In this document: positions 8,798 through 18,753 of the stretch, piece by piece
How positions within the stretch are numbered: position 1 is the first letter of the stretch
How the letters are laid out: the number at the start of each line of letters is the position of its first letter
DNA from: Patescibacteria group bacterium
GTDB taxonomy: Bacteria; Patescibacteriota; Patescibacteriia; UBA9934; GWF2-40-263
Assembly (NCBI GenBank): GCA_041661745.1
Contig: JBAZTR010000003.1
Location: 91,007 to 155,006 of the forward strand
DNA: 64,000 nt
Direction of reading: 5' to 3'
Translations under genes and position numbers: made by a program
The notes under the pieces: model-generated
The model's input: only the letters and a program-made list of their open reading frames with translations
Database searches by the model: none
Told to the model about the DNA's origin: nothing

Positions 8798-8817
8798 ATC
8801 GATTTTTCCTCCATAAT
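8789..8817 (+). promoter_or_regulatory. Promoter TTGATT - 17 nt - CATAAT positioned for a leaderless ruvB transcript
   Basis: The -10 hexamer ends 8 nt before the ruvB ATG (8826) with no SD sequence. The 10-mer TAGGCGTATG spans the start and recurs at 10301-10310. Confidence 0.45.
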
Positions 8818-8825
8818 GTAGGCGT

Positions 8826-9860
8826 ATGATTGAACGAGATGAGGAGGCCATAAAACCGGAAAGACTGACCGACGAGGAAGCTTTGGAACCAGAACGAGTT
8901 TTTGAAATTGGCCTCAGACCGCAGACTTTAGGCGATTTTGTCGGCCAAGAAACCTTGAAAGACAATCTAAAAATTCTTCTTGAAGCTGCCAAAGGCCGTA
9001 GTGAACCAATCGAACACGTCCTTTTATATGGTAACCCGGGACTTGGCAAAACCACTTTGGCTCACATTATTGCCAAAGAAATGAACGCCCAAATTCGCGT
9101 CACCAGCGGCCCGGCTTTGGAGCGCGTCGGTGACTTGGCCGCAATTCTTTCCAACCTACAAAAGGGTGATATTCTTTTTATCGACGAAATTCATCGCCTT
9201 AATAAAACCATTGAGGAAATTTTGTATCCGGCCATGGAAGATTACGCTCTTGATTTGGTAGTCGGTAAGGGGCCAACGGCCAGAACCCTCCGCCTTAATT
9301 TGGAACCATTTACCATTATCGGGGCCACAACACGTTTGTCTCTGCTCTCTTCCCCACTACGCGATCGCTTTGGCGTGACTTATCATTTAAACTTTTACGA
9401 AAACGGGGAGATAAAAAAAATCATTGAGCGCAACGCCCAACGTCTTGAGGTCGAAGCGCATCCGGAAGCTGTGGAGATTCTTTCCACCCGAGCTCGCCGC
9501 ACCCCACGCATTGCCAATCGGCTCCTACGCCGTTTGCGTGACTTTGCCTCGGTCAGAGGTAATGGACAAATCACTCGTGAGGCAGCTGAAGAGGCTCTAA
9601 GAATGTTAGGTATCGATCAGCATGGCCTTGATGAAGTCGATCGCCACCTTCTCACCGTCTTAATCGAAAAATTCAACGGCGGTCCGGTTGGTATTGGCAC
9701 CTTAGCCGCGGCTTCACAAGAAGAAGAGGAAACCATTGAAGAAGTTTACGAACCGTTTCTGATTCAACTTGGTTTTTTACAACGAACACCACGCGGACGA
9801 ATGGCCACACCCGCCGCATATGAACACCTGAACAAAAAACCACCGATTGACAGTTTTTAA
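8826..9860 (+). CDS. ruvB: Holliday junction branch migration helicase RuvB
   Basis: Walker [12 protein letters not shown], an IHRL sensor region and the winged-helix C-terminus typical of RuvB. Confidence 0.9.
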   Translation: MIERDEEAIKPERLTDEEALEPERVFEIGLRPQTLGDFVGQETLKDNLKILLEAAKGRSEPIEHVLLYGNPGLGKTTLAHIIAKEMNAQIRVTSGPALERVGDLAAILSNLQKGDILFIDEIHRLNKTIEEILYPAMEDYALDLVVGKGPTARTLRLNLEPFTIIGATTRLSLLSSPLRDRFGVTYHLNFYENGEIKKIIERNAQRLEVEAHPEAVEILSTRARRTPRIANRLLRRLRDFASVRGNGQITREAAEEALRMLGIDQHGLDEVDRHLLTVLIEKFNGGPVGIGTLAAASQEEEETIEEVYEPFLIQLGFLQRTPRGRMATPAAYEHLNKKPPIDSF

Positions 9861-9934
9861 TGTCTCCAGTAATTTATTATTATGCGGTAGACATAATTCA
9901 AAAATTAATTTTATTAACTTTTAACTAAAAAAAT

Positions 9935-10189
9935 ATGTCGGGAGAATTTAGTACCCCATCACCTGAAGAAATGGTAACCACCCCCTTCGATCCGGACGAA
10001 ATCCGTCAATCTCCGGATGGTAAATTTATTGCAAGTTTGCCCGCGGCAACTATGGAACTTGATAATGGAATGATCGGTATTGTAGGTTGGTCCAAAAAAA
10101 CATTTGATTCGAGAGAAGAAGCAGAAGCGGCGAGAGAGGAAGGGTATGAAAAGATCCGTAAGTTAAACCCAGATAAAAAAACCGCGTAA
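9935..10189 (+). CDS. Small hypothetical protein
   Basis: 84-aa acidic ORF followed by a terminator hairpin (atggcc...ggccat + T run). Confidence 0.3.
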   Translation: MSGEFSTPSPEEMVTTPFDPDEIRQSPDGKFIASLPAATMELDNGMIGIVGWSKKTFDSREEAEAAREEGYEKIRKLNPDKKTA

Positions 10190-10288
10190 TACCAAATTAC
10201 CAAAAATATATGGCCGCCTGTGATGGTGGCCATTATTTTTTTGTTACAACACATAACACCGAGTATAAGAATTTCACGCCTCATCACT

Positions 10289-10299
10289 TGTGCTATAAT
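10289..10299 (+). promoter_or_regulatory. Extended -10 promoter (TGtgcTATAAT), leaderless start
   Basis: TG at 10289-10290 and TATAAT at 10294-10299; the ATG at 10308 follows 8 nt downstream inside TAGGCGTATG. Confidence 0.45.
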
Positions 10300-10307
10300 A
10301 TAGGCGT

Positions 10308-10583
10308 ATGTTCTCAATTCCTACTCTTATCCTGCCCCTCTGGCTTCTATTAATTCCCTTTGGAATAATTGTTTTTCTGGTTATCCTCTACGGCATCTTT
10401 AACATCTACACTCTTCTACGTTTTGCCACCTATACCTTTGGTAGTTATTTTCTAACCGTTGTCTTTATCGGCGGCCTAATTATCATCGGGGCTGTTTGCT
10501 ACACTTATCTTATTGGTTACGATTGGACGCTTGGTTGGAATTTCACCAACTTCATCGAGTTAAAACAAATCGTCACTCTATGA
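10308..10583 (+). CDS. Small membrane protein (2-3 TM), likely partner of the downstream bPH_2 protein
   Basis: 91-aa hydrophobic ORF with a 4-nt ATGA overlap onto the next gene. Confidence 0.4.
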   Translation: MFSIPTLILPLWLLLIPFGIIVFLVILYGIFNIYTLLRFATYTFGSYFLTVVFIGGLIIIGAVCYTYLIGYDWTLGWNFTNFIELKQIVTL

Positions 10584-11152
10584 TGAATTTACAACATCTA
10601 CCTAACGCTAGACCAAATGAAAAAGTCGAACTTTTTTTACGGCGACACTGGATCACGCCGTTAGAAATAATCACTTATACTTTCTTTTTATACGCGGTAC
10701 CGTTGGCGGGAATTTTATATTACGCCGACTCTTGGGAAACATGGACGACCAAACCGTACTGGGGACCAATCATTATCCTGGTCGCCTGCAGTTATGCTTT
10801 ATTGTCTTGGCTTTTTTGCTTCCTGGAATTCACTGACTACTATTTAGACATTTGGATTGTCACTAATGAACGAATTATTAACATTGAACAAAAAGGTTTA
10901 TTCACTCGCGTGGCCTCGGAAATGCATCTTTCGGCAATTGAAGACACTACCTCTGAGGTCAAAGGAATGATGCGAACCTTCCTTGATTATGGCGATGTTC
11001 ATATTCAAACCGCCGGTGAACGAACGCGCTTTATTTTCAAAGGGATCCCGCACCCGGAACGAGTAAAAGAGGCGGTGGTTAAATTAGTACACGGTGACAA
11101 GTTGAGGCACAGTCACGAAGAAGCAAAAATGACAGCAGCGGAAATTAAGTAA
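10580..11152 (+). CDS. Bacterial PH-domain (bPH_2, YdbS/YdbT-like) membrane protein
   Basis: RRHWITPLEI motif and two N-terminal TM helices followed by a PH-like domain. The start is set at MMNLQHL inside the longer track ORF. Confidence 0.55.
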   Translation: MMNLQHLPNARPNEKVELFLRRHWITPLEIITYTFFLYAVPLAGILYYADSWETWTTKPYWGPIIILVACSYALLSWLFCFLEFTDYYLDIWIVTNERIINIEQKGLFTRVASEMHLSAIEDTTSEVKGMMRTFLDYGDVHIQTAGERTRFIFKGIPHPERVKEAVVKLVHGDKLRHSHEEAKMTAAEIK

Positions 11153-11154
11153 TT

Positions 11155-11186
11155 AAAAAACCTCACCGACTTGGTGAGGTTTTTTA
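11155..11186. terminator. Bidirectional rho-independent terminator
   Basis: cctcacc-gacttg-ggtgagg flanked by an A run and a T run. Confidence 0.65.
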
Positions 11187-11192
11187 ATTCTT

Positions 11193-12239
11193 TTATTTCC
11201 ATCGATAATTCGTCCAGGTCCATTCAGCCAGATCACGGGCGTCGTTCATACTATCGCCACGAGAGGCTGTACCAAAGACCACAACAATTATCTCTCGGTT
11301 GGCGTCAGTATAAATTGGCCGCAAGGCGGTTACCACATTCCAACCAGATTCCTCTAAATATCCGGTCTTTCCGGCCATAACATAAATATCATCATAGGCC
11401 GGTTTCCAAAGCAGCCAATTCGTACTAACTAATTTCTTTTCCTCGCCAGTGGAAAGAACGGAAATAGTTCTGTTGGCCGTACCGGTATATTGGCGAATTT
11501 CCGGACGGGAAAAAACCTCGCGAGTAAAACGAGCAATTTCGCGAGCCGTGGAAACATTAGTTGGTTCAATGCCGGTTGGATCAGTGAAAACTGTATTGGG
11601 TAAGCCGTAGTCCGCCGCGCGTTCGTTCATTTTTGCCACGAAGTCTTCTTTATCATCATCAGCCGCACGCGCAATGGCATTAGCCGCATTATTGGCCGAA
11701 CCAACAAGGGCGGCGTAAATGAGATCGCTTAAAATAAAATCCGCTCCGGGATTAACGTAAAGACGAGCTCCGCCAACTTCATCGCATGCTTCAATTGAGC
11801 AGATCCCGTATAAATCAACACCAGAATCCAAAACAAGCGAAGCCGTCATTAATTTTGTAATGGAAGCGATCGGCCAAACAGTCGAAGATTTTTTTTCGGC
11901 CAAAATTAAACCGCTGTTTTTATCAACGACAATATAAGAATTAGCTGTGACTTCGGGCACAACTCCCCGACCAACCAACTGAGGAAGCTTTTCCGAAGCA
12001 GGAGCAAAAGCGGAAAGCTCGGAATATTCGCGCCAGCCATACTGCTCAGCCCAATCAGTAAGGTCAATTAAAAAACCGGCGGCCGAATTAGGAACAGCCA
12101 CTCCGGTTTCATCGAAAGCTTTTTGTAAATCGGGGCGTTGATTATAAATTGAGGCAAGATCGGAATCAGAAATCGCCGCGGCCACCGACATTGGTGCCAA
12201 AAACAAAGAAACAAAAAGAAATAGTTTAAAAAATTTCAT
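11193..12239 (-). CDS. D-alanyl-D-alanine carboxypeptidase (serine peptidase S11, PBP5/6-like)
   Basis: Signal peptide MKFFKLFLFVSLFLAPMSVAAA; SxxK motif in PIASITKLMT. Confidence 0.75.
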   Translation of the reverse strand: MKFFKLFLFVSLFLAPMSVAAAISDSDLASIYNQRPDLQKAFDETGVAVPNSAAGFLIDLTDWAEQYGWREYSELSAFAPASEKLPQLVGRGVVPEVTANSYIVVDKNSGLILAEKKSSTVWPIASITKLMTASLVLDSGVDLYGICSIEACDEVGGARLYVNPGADFILSDLIYAALVGSANNAANAIARAADDDKEDFVAKMNERAADYGLPNTVFTDPTGIEPTNVSTAREIARFTREVFSRPEIRQYTGTANRTISVLSTGEEKKLVSTNWLLWKPAYDDIYVMAGKTGYLEESGWNVVTALRPIYTDANREIIVVVFGTASRGDSMNDARDLAEWTWTNYRWK

Positions 12240-12241
12240 AT

Positions 12242-14206
12242 CTACTTCCACTTCTTTTCAATTTCAATTCCCGTGTAAAAATATTTAATAATCTCGTCCC
12301 AGCCTGAACCAGCTTTACCCATAGCTAGAGCTTCGGAAGCCGACATGCCAACACCGTGGCCCCATAATGTTTTTCCGGCGTCATGTGGAGTCTTAACAGT
12401 TAAACACCACGCCACAGTGCCACCCCAAACTTCATTCCAACTGCGAGTTCGACCATCGGAGCGGGAAAAATATGGGGTAATGGCCGTCTTGCCATCATAA
12501 GTTACGGTTTGACCGCGAGTTTCTTCGACGGCTTGAGTAATTCTAGGCGTGCGAGCTTCTTGTCCATAACCATAATAGACTTGATCAGCGTAGGCATCGA
12601 CATGAAAAAATTCGGAGGCGTGTTTAGTGGCCCGCTCAAAATGATACAAAGCGTAAGTGCGAGCGGCTGTCAGCAATGCTTTTTGAAATTCAAGATTAGA
12701 ATCATTGGAGGTTTCACCTAACCCTCGTAAATAATATTCCATTGGTAATTCGTTAATCAGCCAAACGCGATCATTAGGCTCGTTATAACGAATTTCTAAA
12801 ACATTTCGAAACTGGTTGTCGGCATGAGCAGCATTACGCGACTCGCGTCGATCAAAATTAGTCACAGTACAAACAGCGTTGGCTTCGTTAGGGATAAAAC
12901 GAATATAAAAAGAGGTGCTTTCTAAACCATTACCGCGATCAAACCAATATTTACCTTTTTTATAAAAAGCTTCGACTTTACGACCCTCTTCAACCTCGGC
13001 TAACAAAGCTCCGTTACCATCTTTAAGAACAAAATCACTTTCACAAGTTATAATCACCTCATTATCAGTTTCCTCATCGACAATCAAAACACCAACACGA
13101 AGAACTGGCTCAGCAATCAGATTCTCGGTTTGATCGACATCGTTAGTTTCTTCGGAAGTAATTGCATTTGCCGCATTGCTGGTGACTTCGATTGGAATTT
13201 CAATCTCGCCGCCGGGAACAGAACTAACTTCATCAGCGGCTAAAGCGAATTTAACAACATAACTCCCCTTTTTAACCGGGGCTTTAAAATTGAAGGTGAT
13301 CAAATCCATGGCTCCGGGGGCAACCGAACCATCAGTTTTGGTTATAGCCGTCTTTGAATCGACCCAAGAAGAATCCTTGTAACTAACCGAGGAAGCTACG
13401 GAAACATCAGGCAGTTTAATTGAACGAGAAGTCCAAGTTTTTGTGCCACTATTTTTAATTCCAGCGGTAAAAGTTATTACTTCCCCGCCCTTTACTTGGA
13501 TTGTTTTCTTTATGCTCTTTAATAAAAGAACCGCGGCGTAACCGTTGGTATCAGAGGAGGACAATCCGCCTTCGCTGGGCTTCGGCGTGACAATGGAGGA
13601 AGAAACAACTTCATTGGCCACAGTAATAGTAATGGTAAATTGTCCGCCGGGAATCCAAGCTTTGTCCTCGGCGGCCAGAGCAAAAGTTTCTTTATAAGTT
13701 CCGACCGTGGTTGGCGCTTTTAAAGTAAAGGTGATGTGACCAACTTCTTTAATCCCAACCTTTGATTCTAAAAGTTTGACCGGTTGATCCTTAGCCACCC
13801 AAAATGAATCAAAAAAAACACTGGACCGATACTTTGGTTCATAAGTATAAACAGAAACAAAGTTTGTTCCGGTATTGGTCCAGGCCGCGGTGCCAATATT
13901 TTGAAAACCAAAAGAAACTTTTTTGCTTTCACCTGGCTTCATGGTCAACTGACCAGTAGCGGAAACCTGCATAGCCTCGAACCCTTTGAGTGGCGCGGCG
14001 TAAGCCGTCTTAATTCCAAAGACTTCGTGCCAAACAGAACTTCCCAACGAAACCTTGTCTTTGATAATTCCTTCGGCAACCGAAAGAATAAAAGCCAAAC
14101 CAATTACCAACAAAAAAGCAAAGGCTATATTTAATATCACCTCAACCCAGGCATTTTTGTTTTGTTTGTTTTTTGAAATTTCCTCCATAAAAATATTTGT
14201 CATCAA
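12242..14206 (-). CDS. SpoIID/LytB-domain protein with an N-terminal TM anchor and repeated beta-rich domains
   Basis: C-terminal SpoIID signature ...YYLRGLGETS...TLWGHGVGMSASEALAMGKAG... Confidence 0.7.
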   Translation of the reverse strand: MMTNIFMEEISKNKQNKNAWVEVILNIAFAFLLVIGLAFILSVAEGIIKDKVSLGSSVWHEVFGIKTAYAAPLKGFEAMQVSATGQLTMKPGESKKVSFGFQNIGTAAWTNTGTNFVSVYTYEPKYRSSVFFDSFWVAKDQPVKLLESKVGIKEVGHITFTLKAPTTVGTYKETFALAAEDKAWIPGGQFTITITVANEVVSSSIVTPKPSEGGLSSSDTNGYAAVLLLKSIKKTIQVKGGEVITFTAGIKNSGTKTWTSRSIKLPDVSVASSVSYKDSSWVDSKTAITKTDGSVAPGAMDLITFNFKAPVKKGSYVVKFALAADEVSSVPGGEIEIPIEVTSNAANAITSEETNDVDQTENLIAEPVLRVGVLIVDEETDNEVIITCESDFVLKDGNGALLAEVEEGRKVEAFYKKGKYWFDRGNGLESTSFYIRFIPNEANAVCTVTNFDRRESRNAAHADNQFRNVLEIRYNEPNDRVWLINELPMEYYLRGLGETSNDSNLEFQKALLTAARTYALYHFERATKHASEFFHVDAYADQVYYGYGQEARTPRITQAVEETRGQTVTYDGKTAITPYFSRSDGRTRSWNEVWGGTVAWCLTVKTPHDAGKTLWGHGVGMSASEALAMGKAGSGWDEIIKYFYTGIEIEKKWK

Positions 14207-14279
14207 TTATATTTTATCAAAAATAGACTTTTCTTTCAATATCGCAATAATAAGCCGTTTTTGATACACTAGTGACATT

Positions 14280-15710
14280 ATGAGCGTCATGAAAAAAGTT
14301 GCGACAAATTACCTGGTTCAAATGGCCGGCAAGGGCTTTAGCATGCTGGCCGGACTTTTGGTGGTAGCCCTACTCACCCGTTATTTAAGTGAAGAAGATT
14401 GGGCGGCCTATGTCACGGCTACAACTTTCTTGTCGTTCTTTGCTGTCTTTGTGGACTTTGGTTTAACCTTGACCTTAACCCAAATGATTTCCGCAGTCGG
14501 AGCTGATGAAAAAAAGATCGTTGGTAGTATCATGGGAATTCGCCTGGCTTCGGGTTTTGTTTTTTATTCCCTGTCAGCCGTGGTGATTACTCTGCTACCC
14601 TACTCCGACACAACCAAGGCCGGGGTGGCCGCCGGGGCGGCCGCTTTCTTTTTCATGTCCGCGGCCGGATCAATGATCGGTTTGTTTCAAAAACATTTGG
14701 CCATGCGCCGTTACGTTATTGCTGAATTAGCTAGCCGCGCTCTTTATTTGTTGCTCACTTTCCTTTGTGTGGTTTTTGGCCTTGGTCTGGTGCCGATTCT
14801 TTTAGCCATGGGGGCGGCCAATGGTTTTTGGCTTTTGTTTGTGGCTGTGGCCGCCAGACCTTTTACAGTTATTCGTCCGCAGTTTAATTTAACTGTCTGG
14901 AAAGATGCTTTCACCCGCAGCGCTCCCATTGCTATTTCCACCATTTTCAACCTAATTTATTTGCGTGGTGATGTTTTGATTCTCGCCTGGGTCAGACCGG
15001 ACGATGTTGGCCAATATGGTACGGCTTATAAAGTCGTTGATGTTATGACCGCCTTCCCGACCATGTTCATGGGCTTGCTTTTACCACAATTAGCCATAGC
15101 TTGGAGCGAAAAAAATAAAGAAGTTTTCAAAAATATTTTACAAAAGGCCTTCAATATATTTTCTATTGTTGTTATTCCGCTTTTCTTCGGCGCACAAATA
15201 GTGGCTGTGCCATTAACCGAACTTATTGCCGGCGAGCGCTACGCCACTGCCGGTTTAGTTTTGCAGGTTTTGGTTTTCGCCATCATTTGTGTCTTTATCA
15301 GCACTCTTTACGGCCACACAATCGTTGCTTTACACAAACAAAAATTCATGACCTGGGGTTATGCTCTGACAGCTGTTATCGCTATAATCGGATATGTTGT
15401 ATTTATCCCTCGTTACGGAATGTGGGGCGCCGCTTGGGTCACATGTTTTTCGGAATTTTTAATTGCCGCTCTGACTTTTATTGTTGTGTCTCGTGTCTCA
15501 CGAACTCTCCCTAATCTACTTATCGCGGCCAAAGCAACTTTGGCTGGACTGATCATGTATCTTATTTTATTAGTGCTACCAACATGGCCGGTAATAATAA
15601 CGATCTGTTTCGGAGCGGCTATCTACTCGATTGTCTTAGTGGCCATTGGTGGAATAAACATGAAGGATATAAAAAGTTTGATGGTAAAAACTCCTCCCTC
15701 TAACCTCTAA
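14280..15710 (+). CDS. Polysaccharide/oligosaccharide flippase (Wzx/MurJ-like, MOP superfamily)
   Basis: Twelve or more TM helices in the Polysacc_synt-family arrangement; adjacent to an O-antigen ligase gene. Confidence 0.65.
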   Translation: MSVMKKVATNYLVQMAGKGFSMLAGLLVVALLTRYLSEEDWAAYVTATTFLSFFAVFVDFGLTLTLTQMISAVGADEKKIVGSIMGIRLASGFVFYSLSAVVITLLPYSDTTKAGVAAGAAAFFFMSAAGSMIGLFQKHLAMRRYVIAELASRALYLLLTFLCVVFGLGLVPILLAMGAANGFWLLFVAVAARPFTVIRPQFNLTVWKDAFTRSAPIAISTIFNLIYLRGDVLILAWVRPDDVGQYGTAYKVVDVMTAFPTMFMGLLLPQLAIAWSEKNKEVFKNILQKAFNIFSIVVIPLFFGAQIVAVPLTELIAGERYATAGLVLQVLVFAIICVFISTLYGHTIVALHKQKFMTWGYALTAVIAIIGYVVFIPRYGMWGAAWVTCFSEFLIAALTFIVVSRVSRTLPNLLIAAKATLAGLIMYLILLVLPTWPVIITICFGAAIYSIVLVAIGGINMKDIKSLMVKTPPSNL

Positions 15711-15718
15711 GAAAAAAT

Positions 15719-16978
15719 ATGTACGAAATAATTATTATCACTCTCTTGGTTGGTTATGGACTAATTGCCTGGCGCGATTTTCGTTTGGCGGTTTTCCTTT
15801 TCTTAGCCGCCTTGCCGGTTTACTTGCTACGTCTTGATCTTTTTGGCTTCCCTACGACCATGTTGGAGTTAATGTTTGGTGTAATAACAATTGGTTGGCT
15901 AATAAAAATCGTTCTAGAAAAACCTGATTTTTCTTTTGCCAAACCTTGGCTGATTCCTTTTATTCTTCTGCTTGTGGCTGGAGTGATTGGGGTGGCTGTT
16001 GCGCCGGATAAACTATCCGCTCTGGGAACTTTAAAAGCCTATCTTGTAGAACCGATTATTTTCTTTTTCATCCTTTACACCGCTCTGAAGAAATTCGACG
16101 ATGCCGAAAGGGCTTTAATGTTCCTTGGCCTCGGGGCCCTGGCCGCCGCTTTGTTTGCTATTTATCAACGCCTCACCGGACAAGCTATTCCCATTCCCTG
16201 GGACATCGAGGGCCGCGCCACCAGTTTCTTCCCCTACCCCAATGCCCTCGGCCTATATCTCGGGCCGATAATTGTTCTTGGACTTGGATCTTTCTGGCGT
16301 TCGCTTAAAGCAGAATTCTATTTGCGCGCCGGATTTTGGTTTTTGACTGTCGGCGCTGCAGTCGCCGCGATTATTTTTTCCCAAACCGAAGCGGCTTGGG
16401 TGGCCATTCCGGCGGCTCTCTTAATCATTAGTTTATTCAGCAAAGCTGCCCGCTGGCGCGTTATTGTTTTAATCATCATTGGAATAATAATTGTTTTTTC
16501 TTTCACAACAATTAAACAAAAGATTTTCCTGCAAGACTATTCTGGTGGTGTCCGTTTAAAACAATGGGAAGAAACTTTCAACATGTTAAAAGACAACTGG
16601 CTTTTCGGTGCTGGACTCTCTGGTTATCCAACCGCCCTTGAGCCATATCATACTCATAAGGAAATCGAAATTTTCCAATACCCGCATAATCTCATTTTAA
16701 ATATTTGGACCGAACTTGGCCTGCTTGGACTTTTCGCGGCAACATATTTGGTATTAGTTTCTTTCAAAGCCTTCTACCAAGGAAAAAAGAAACAAGCCTC
16801 TTTTAATTGGCTGGTCTTTGCCTCGGGCGCCGCCTTAATAGAAATGGCAATCCACGGTTTGGTTGATGTACCATTTTTCAAAAACGATTTAGCTATGTTA
16901 ACCGCCGCGATTTTGGTCTTCCTTGTTTGGTCGGCAACAGGCCCTTATGCTTATAAAAATGATGTCATCGAAGAATAG
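15719..16978 (+). CDS. O-antigen ligase family (Wzy_C) membrane protein
   Basis: Polytopic protein with the YPHNLILNIWTELGLLGL motif characteristic of the Wzy_C domain. Confidence 0.65.
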   Translation: MYEIIIITLLVGYGLIAWRDFRLAVFLFLAALPVYLLRLDLFGFPTTMLELMFGVITIGWLIKIVLEKPDFSFAKPWLIPFILLLVAGVIGVAVAPDKLSALGTLKAYLVEPIIFFFILYTALKKFDDAERALMFLGLGALAAALFAIYQRLTGQAIPIPWDIEGRATSFFPYPNALGLYLGPIIVLGLGSFWRSLKAEFYLRAGFWFLTVGAAVAAIIFSQTEAAWVAIPAALLIISLFSKAARWRVIVLIIIGIIIVFSFTTIKQKIFLQDYSGGVRLKQWEETFNMLKDNWLFGAGLSGYPTALEPYHTHKEIEIFQYPHNLILNIWTELGLLGLFAATYLVLVSFKAFYQGKKKQASFNWLVFASGAALIEMAIHGLVDVPFFKNDLAMLTAAILVFLVWSATGPYAYKNDVIEE

Positions 16979-17070
16979 TAACGAGACAAACGGAGCGTGT
17001 CTCTTTTGGTTGGTGGGACTTATTATCCTGGCGACTGTTGTGCTTAAGATAATTGATTGGGGAAAATAAA

Positions 17071-17101
17071 AAACCGCCTCGGCCTAATCCGAGGCGGTTT
17101 T
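17071..17101. terminator. Bidirectional terminator (member of a repeated aaccgcc...ggcggtt hairpin family)
   Basis: aaaaaaccgcctcgg-cctaat-ccgaggcggttttat. Confidence 0.6.
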
Positions 17102-17104
17102 ATG

Positions 17105-17893
17105 TTACAAATCTTTTTTTCGCTCGATATCTTCTTCCACGCAAGCCTCGCCCCATTGAATTTCAATCACCTTCAATGGCTCGTTGGTCTTGTTCATTAA
17201 TCGATGCCAGCGGTGTTTATCAATAAAGATGTGCTGAAATTTTGTGTAAACGCCAAGGAGGATTTCGCTACCATCGTCCGCAAGAGTATCCACGGTTGCC
17301 GTGCCCTCTGAAACAAACCAGTGTTCGCTTCGTTTTTCATGTCGCTGCATGGAGAGCTTTTTACCCGGATCAACGGTCAGTTCTTTTAATTTTACCTGTT
17401 CGCCGTTTTCGTGGAGGACGCGATAGTACCCCCAAATACGTTCGGTCTTTGGTGCTTTCCACTCCATTAAAAGTCCGCTGCTGGAATTTTTTTTGTCTTC
17501 TCCGCCCACGCCAAAAGCAAAGGTAAGATGATCATCAACAAGTTCCATTTCTGGCACGTTTTGTTTGGTGCGATCCCCGCCATTGGCAAAAACAATTTCC
17601 GCGCCAGGATTACTGGTCCGAACTTTTTGAATAGCGTCTTTTGCCGTCCCTTGGGCGTCACTATCATCAAAAGCAATTACCTCGTCGACCGCTTCTAGAG
17701 CCTTAATAACTTCTGCTCGCTCCTCCCACGACATAAACGGCCGCCCTTTTTTCTTGGTGAGCCAGTCATCGGAATTAATCGCAACAATCAAACGATCACC
17801 CAAAGCTTTGGCCGCGGTAAAAAAAGCAACATGCCCCCGATGGATTGGATCAAACCCGCCACTAACGATGATAATTTTTTCCATATTATGCAT
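17105..17893 (-). CDS. Nucleotidyltransferase (RfaE domain II / cytidylyltransferase-like, HIGH motif) fused to a C-terminal cupin (mannose-6-phosphate-isomerase-like) domain
   Basis: N-terminal IIVSGGFDPIHRGHVAFF nucleotidyltransferase motif; C-terminal cupin segment LSMQRHEKRSEHWFVSEGTATV. Confidence 0.6.
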   Translation of the reverse strand: MHNMEKIIIVSGGFDPIHRGHVAFFTAAKALGDRLIVAINSDDWLTKKKGRPFMSWEERAEVIKALEAVDEVIAFDDSDAQGTAKDAIQKVRTSNPGAEIVFANGGDRTKQNVPEMELVDDHLTFAFGVGGEDKKNSSSGLLMEWKAPKTERIWGYYRVLHENGEQVKLKELTVDPGKKLSMQRHEKRSEHWFVSEGTATVDTLADDGSEILLGVYTKFQHIFIDKHRWHRLMNKTNEPLKVIEIQWGEACVEEDIERKKDL

Positions 17894-18380
17894 TGATTGT
17901 TTTATGAGATTTTATTTCCTCGATGGCGGAATTTGTAATTGTGTTTATTTGTTTTTTTATCAACGCCCGCTGATCGTTGAATTTTGAAACTTGGCGTGAC
18001 AGTGCCAGATATTCTTCAAGCAGTCCATTTGTTTCGGATCGTAGTCTTACGATCATCTTCTCTTCGTCTTCCCCGCCCTCAATCATCCGCTTTCGATCTT
18101 CAATCTCCCAAAGACGCTCATGAATTTGCCGCAAGGCCGCCATTTGTTCCGTGAGGTTTGGATACGCCACGATTATTTCATCAATTATCGGTTGATAGAC
18201 GGAAACCTCTTGGGTAATTACTTGGAGTTGTTCCGGTTTATCCGCAAATTTTATTTGCTTGAGTTGTAAAATAAGATAGTTATCAATTGTTGTGGCCACG
18301 GCTACTGGTACAAACAACACTCGTTTATTTTCTGATGTTTTTGGTTCATCTTCCATACGGTAATACCTATTGAAACACAT
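17886..18380 (-). CDS. Hypothetical coiled-coil protein
   Basis: 164-aa ORF with no family signature. Confidence 0.3.
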   Translation of the reverse strand: MCFNRYYRMEDEPKTSENKRVLFVPVAVATTIDNYLILQLKQIKFADKPEQLQVITQEVSVYQPIIDEIIVAYPNLTEQMAALRQIHERLWEIEDRKRMIEGGEDEEKMIVRLRSETNGLLEEYLALSRQVSKFNDQRALIKKQINTITNSAIEEIKSHKTINA

Positions 18381-18417
18381 CCTTATAAGGATGACAACAA
18401 ACTGCCTGTTGAGATTA

Positions 18418-18452
18418 AAAAACCGCCTCGATCTAATTCGAAGCGGTATTTA
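18418..18452 (-). terminator. Rho-independent terminator (same hairpin family as 17071-17101)
   Basis: Minus strand reads aaaataaataccgcttcgaattagatcgaggcggttttttaatc. Confidence 0.5.
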
Positions 18453-18454
18453 TT

Positions 18455-18697
18455 TTACTTAATTTTCTTTTGAAAAAACCGTAGATACACCATTGGCAAG
18501 ATTCCGACGGTGTTTAAAACCAGAAGAGCAACGAACCAATAAGATTGATTGTTGCGCCCGGCGTGCCACATGGCAAAGCCTTTCCAGACCAGCTCCCAGA
18601 CTATTAGAATAGGAAGCCAGATTTCGATATATTGTGGAAGTTCAGTTGGCATATGTTTTATTGAATAAATTATAGCAGAATTTTCACTAAAAGGCAA
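18455..18697 (-). CDS. Small membrane protein, hypothetical
   Basis: 80-aa ORF with two hydrophobic helices. Confidence 0.35.
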   Translation of the reverse strand: MPFSENSAIIYSIKHMPTELPQYIEIWLPILIVWELVWKGFAMWHAGRNNQSYWFVALLVLNTVGILPMVYLRFFQKKIK

Positions 18698-18753
18698 TGA
18701 TTAAAACAAAATCCTTGATAAAAAAGACAAAAGATGATAAATTTTCCTCGCGT

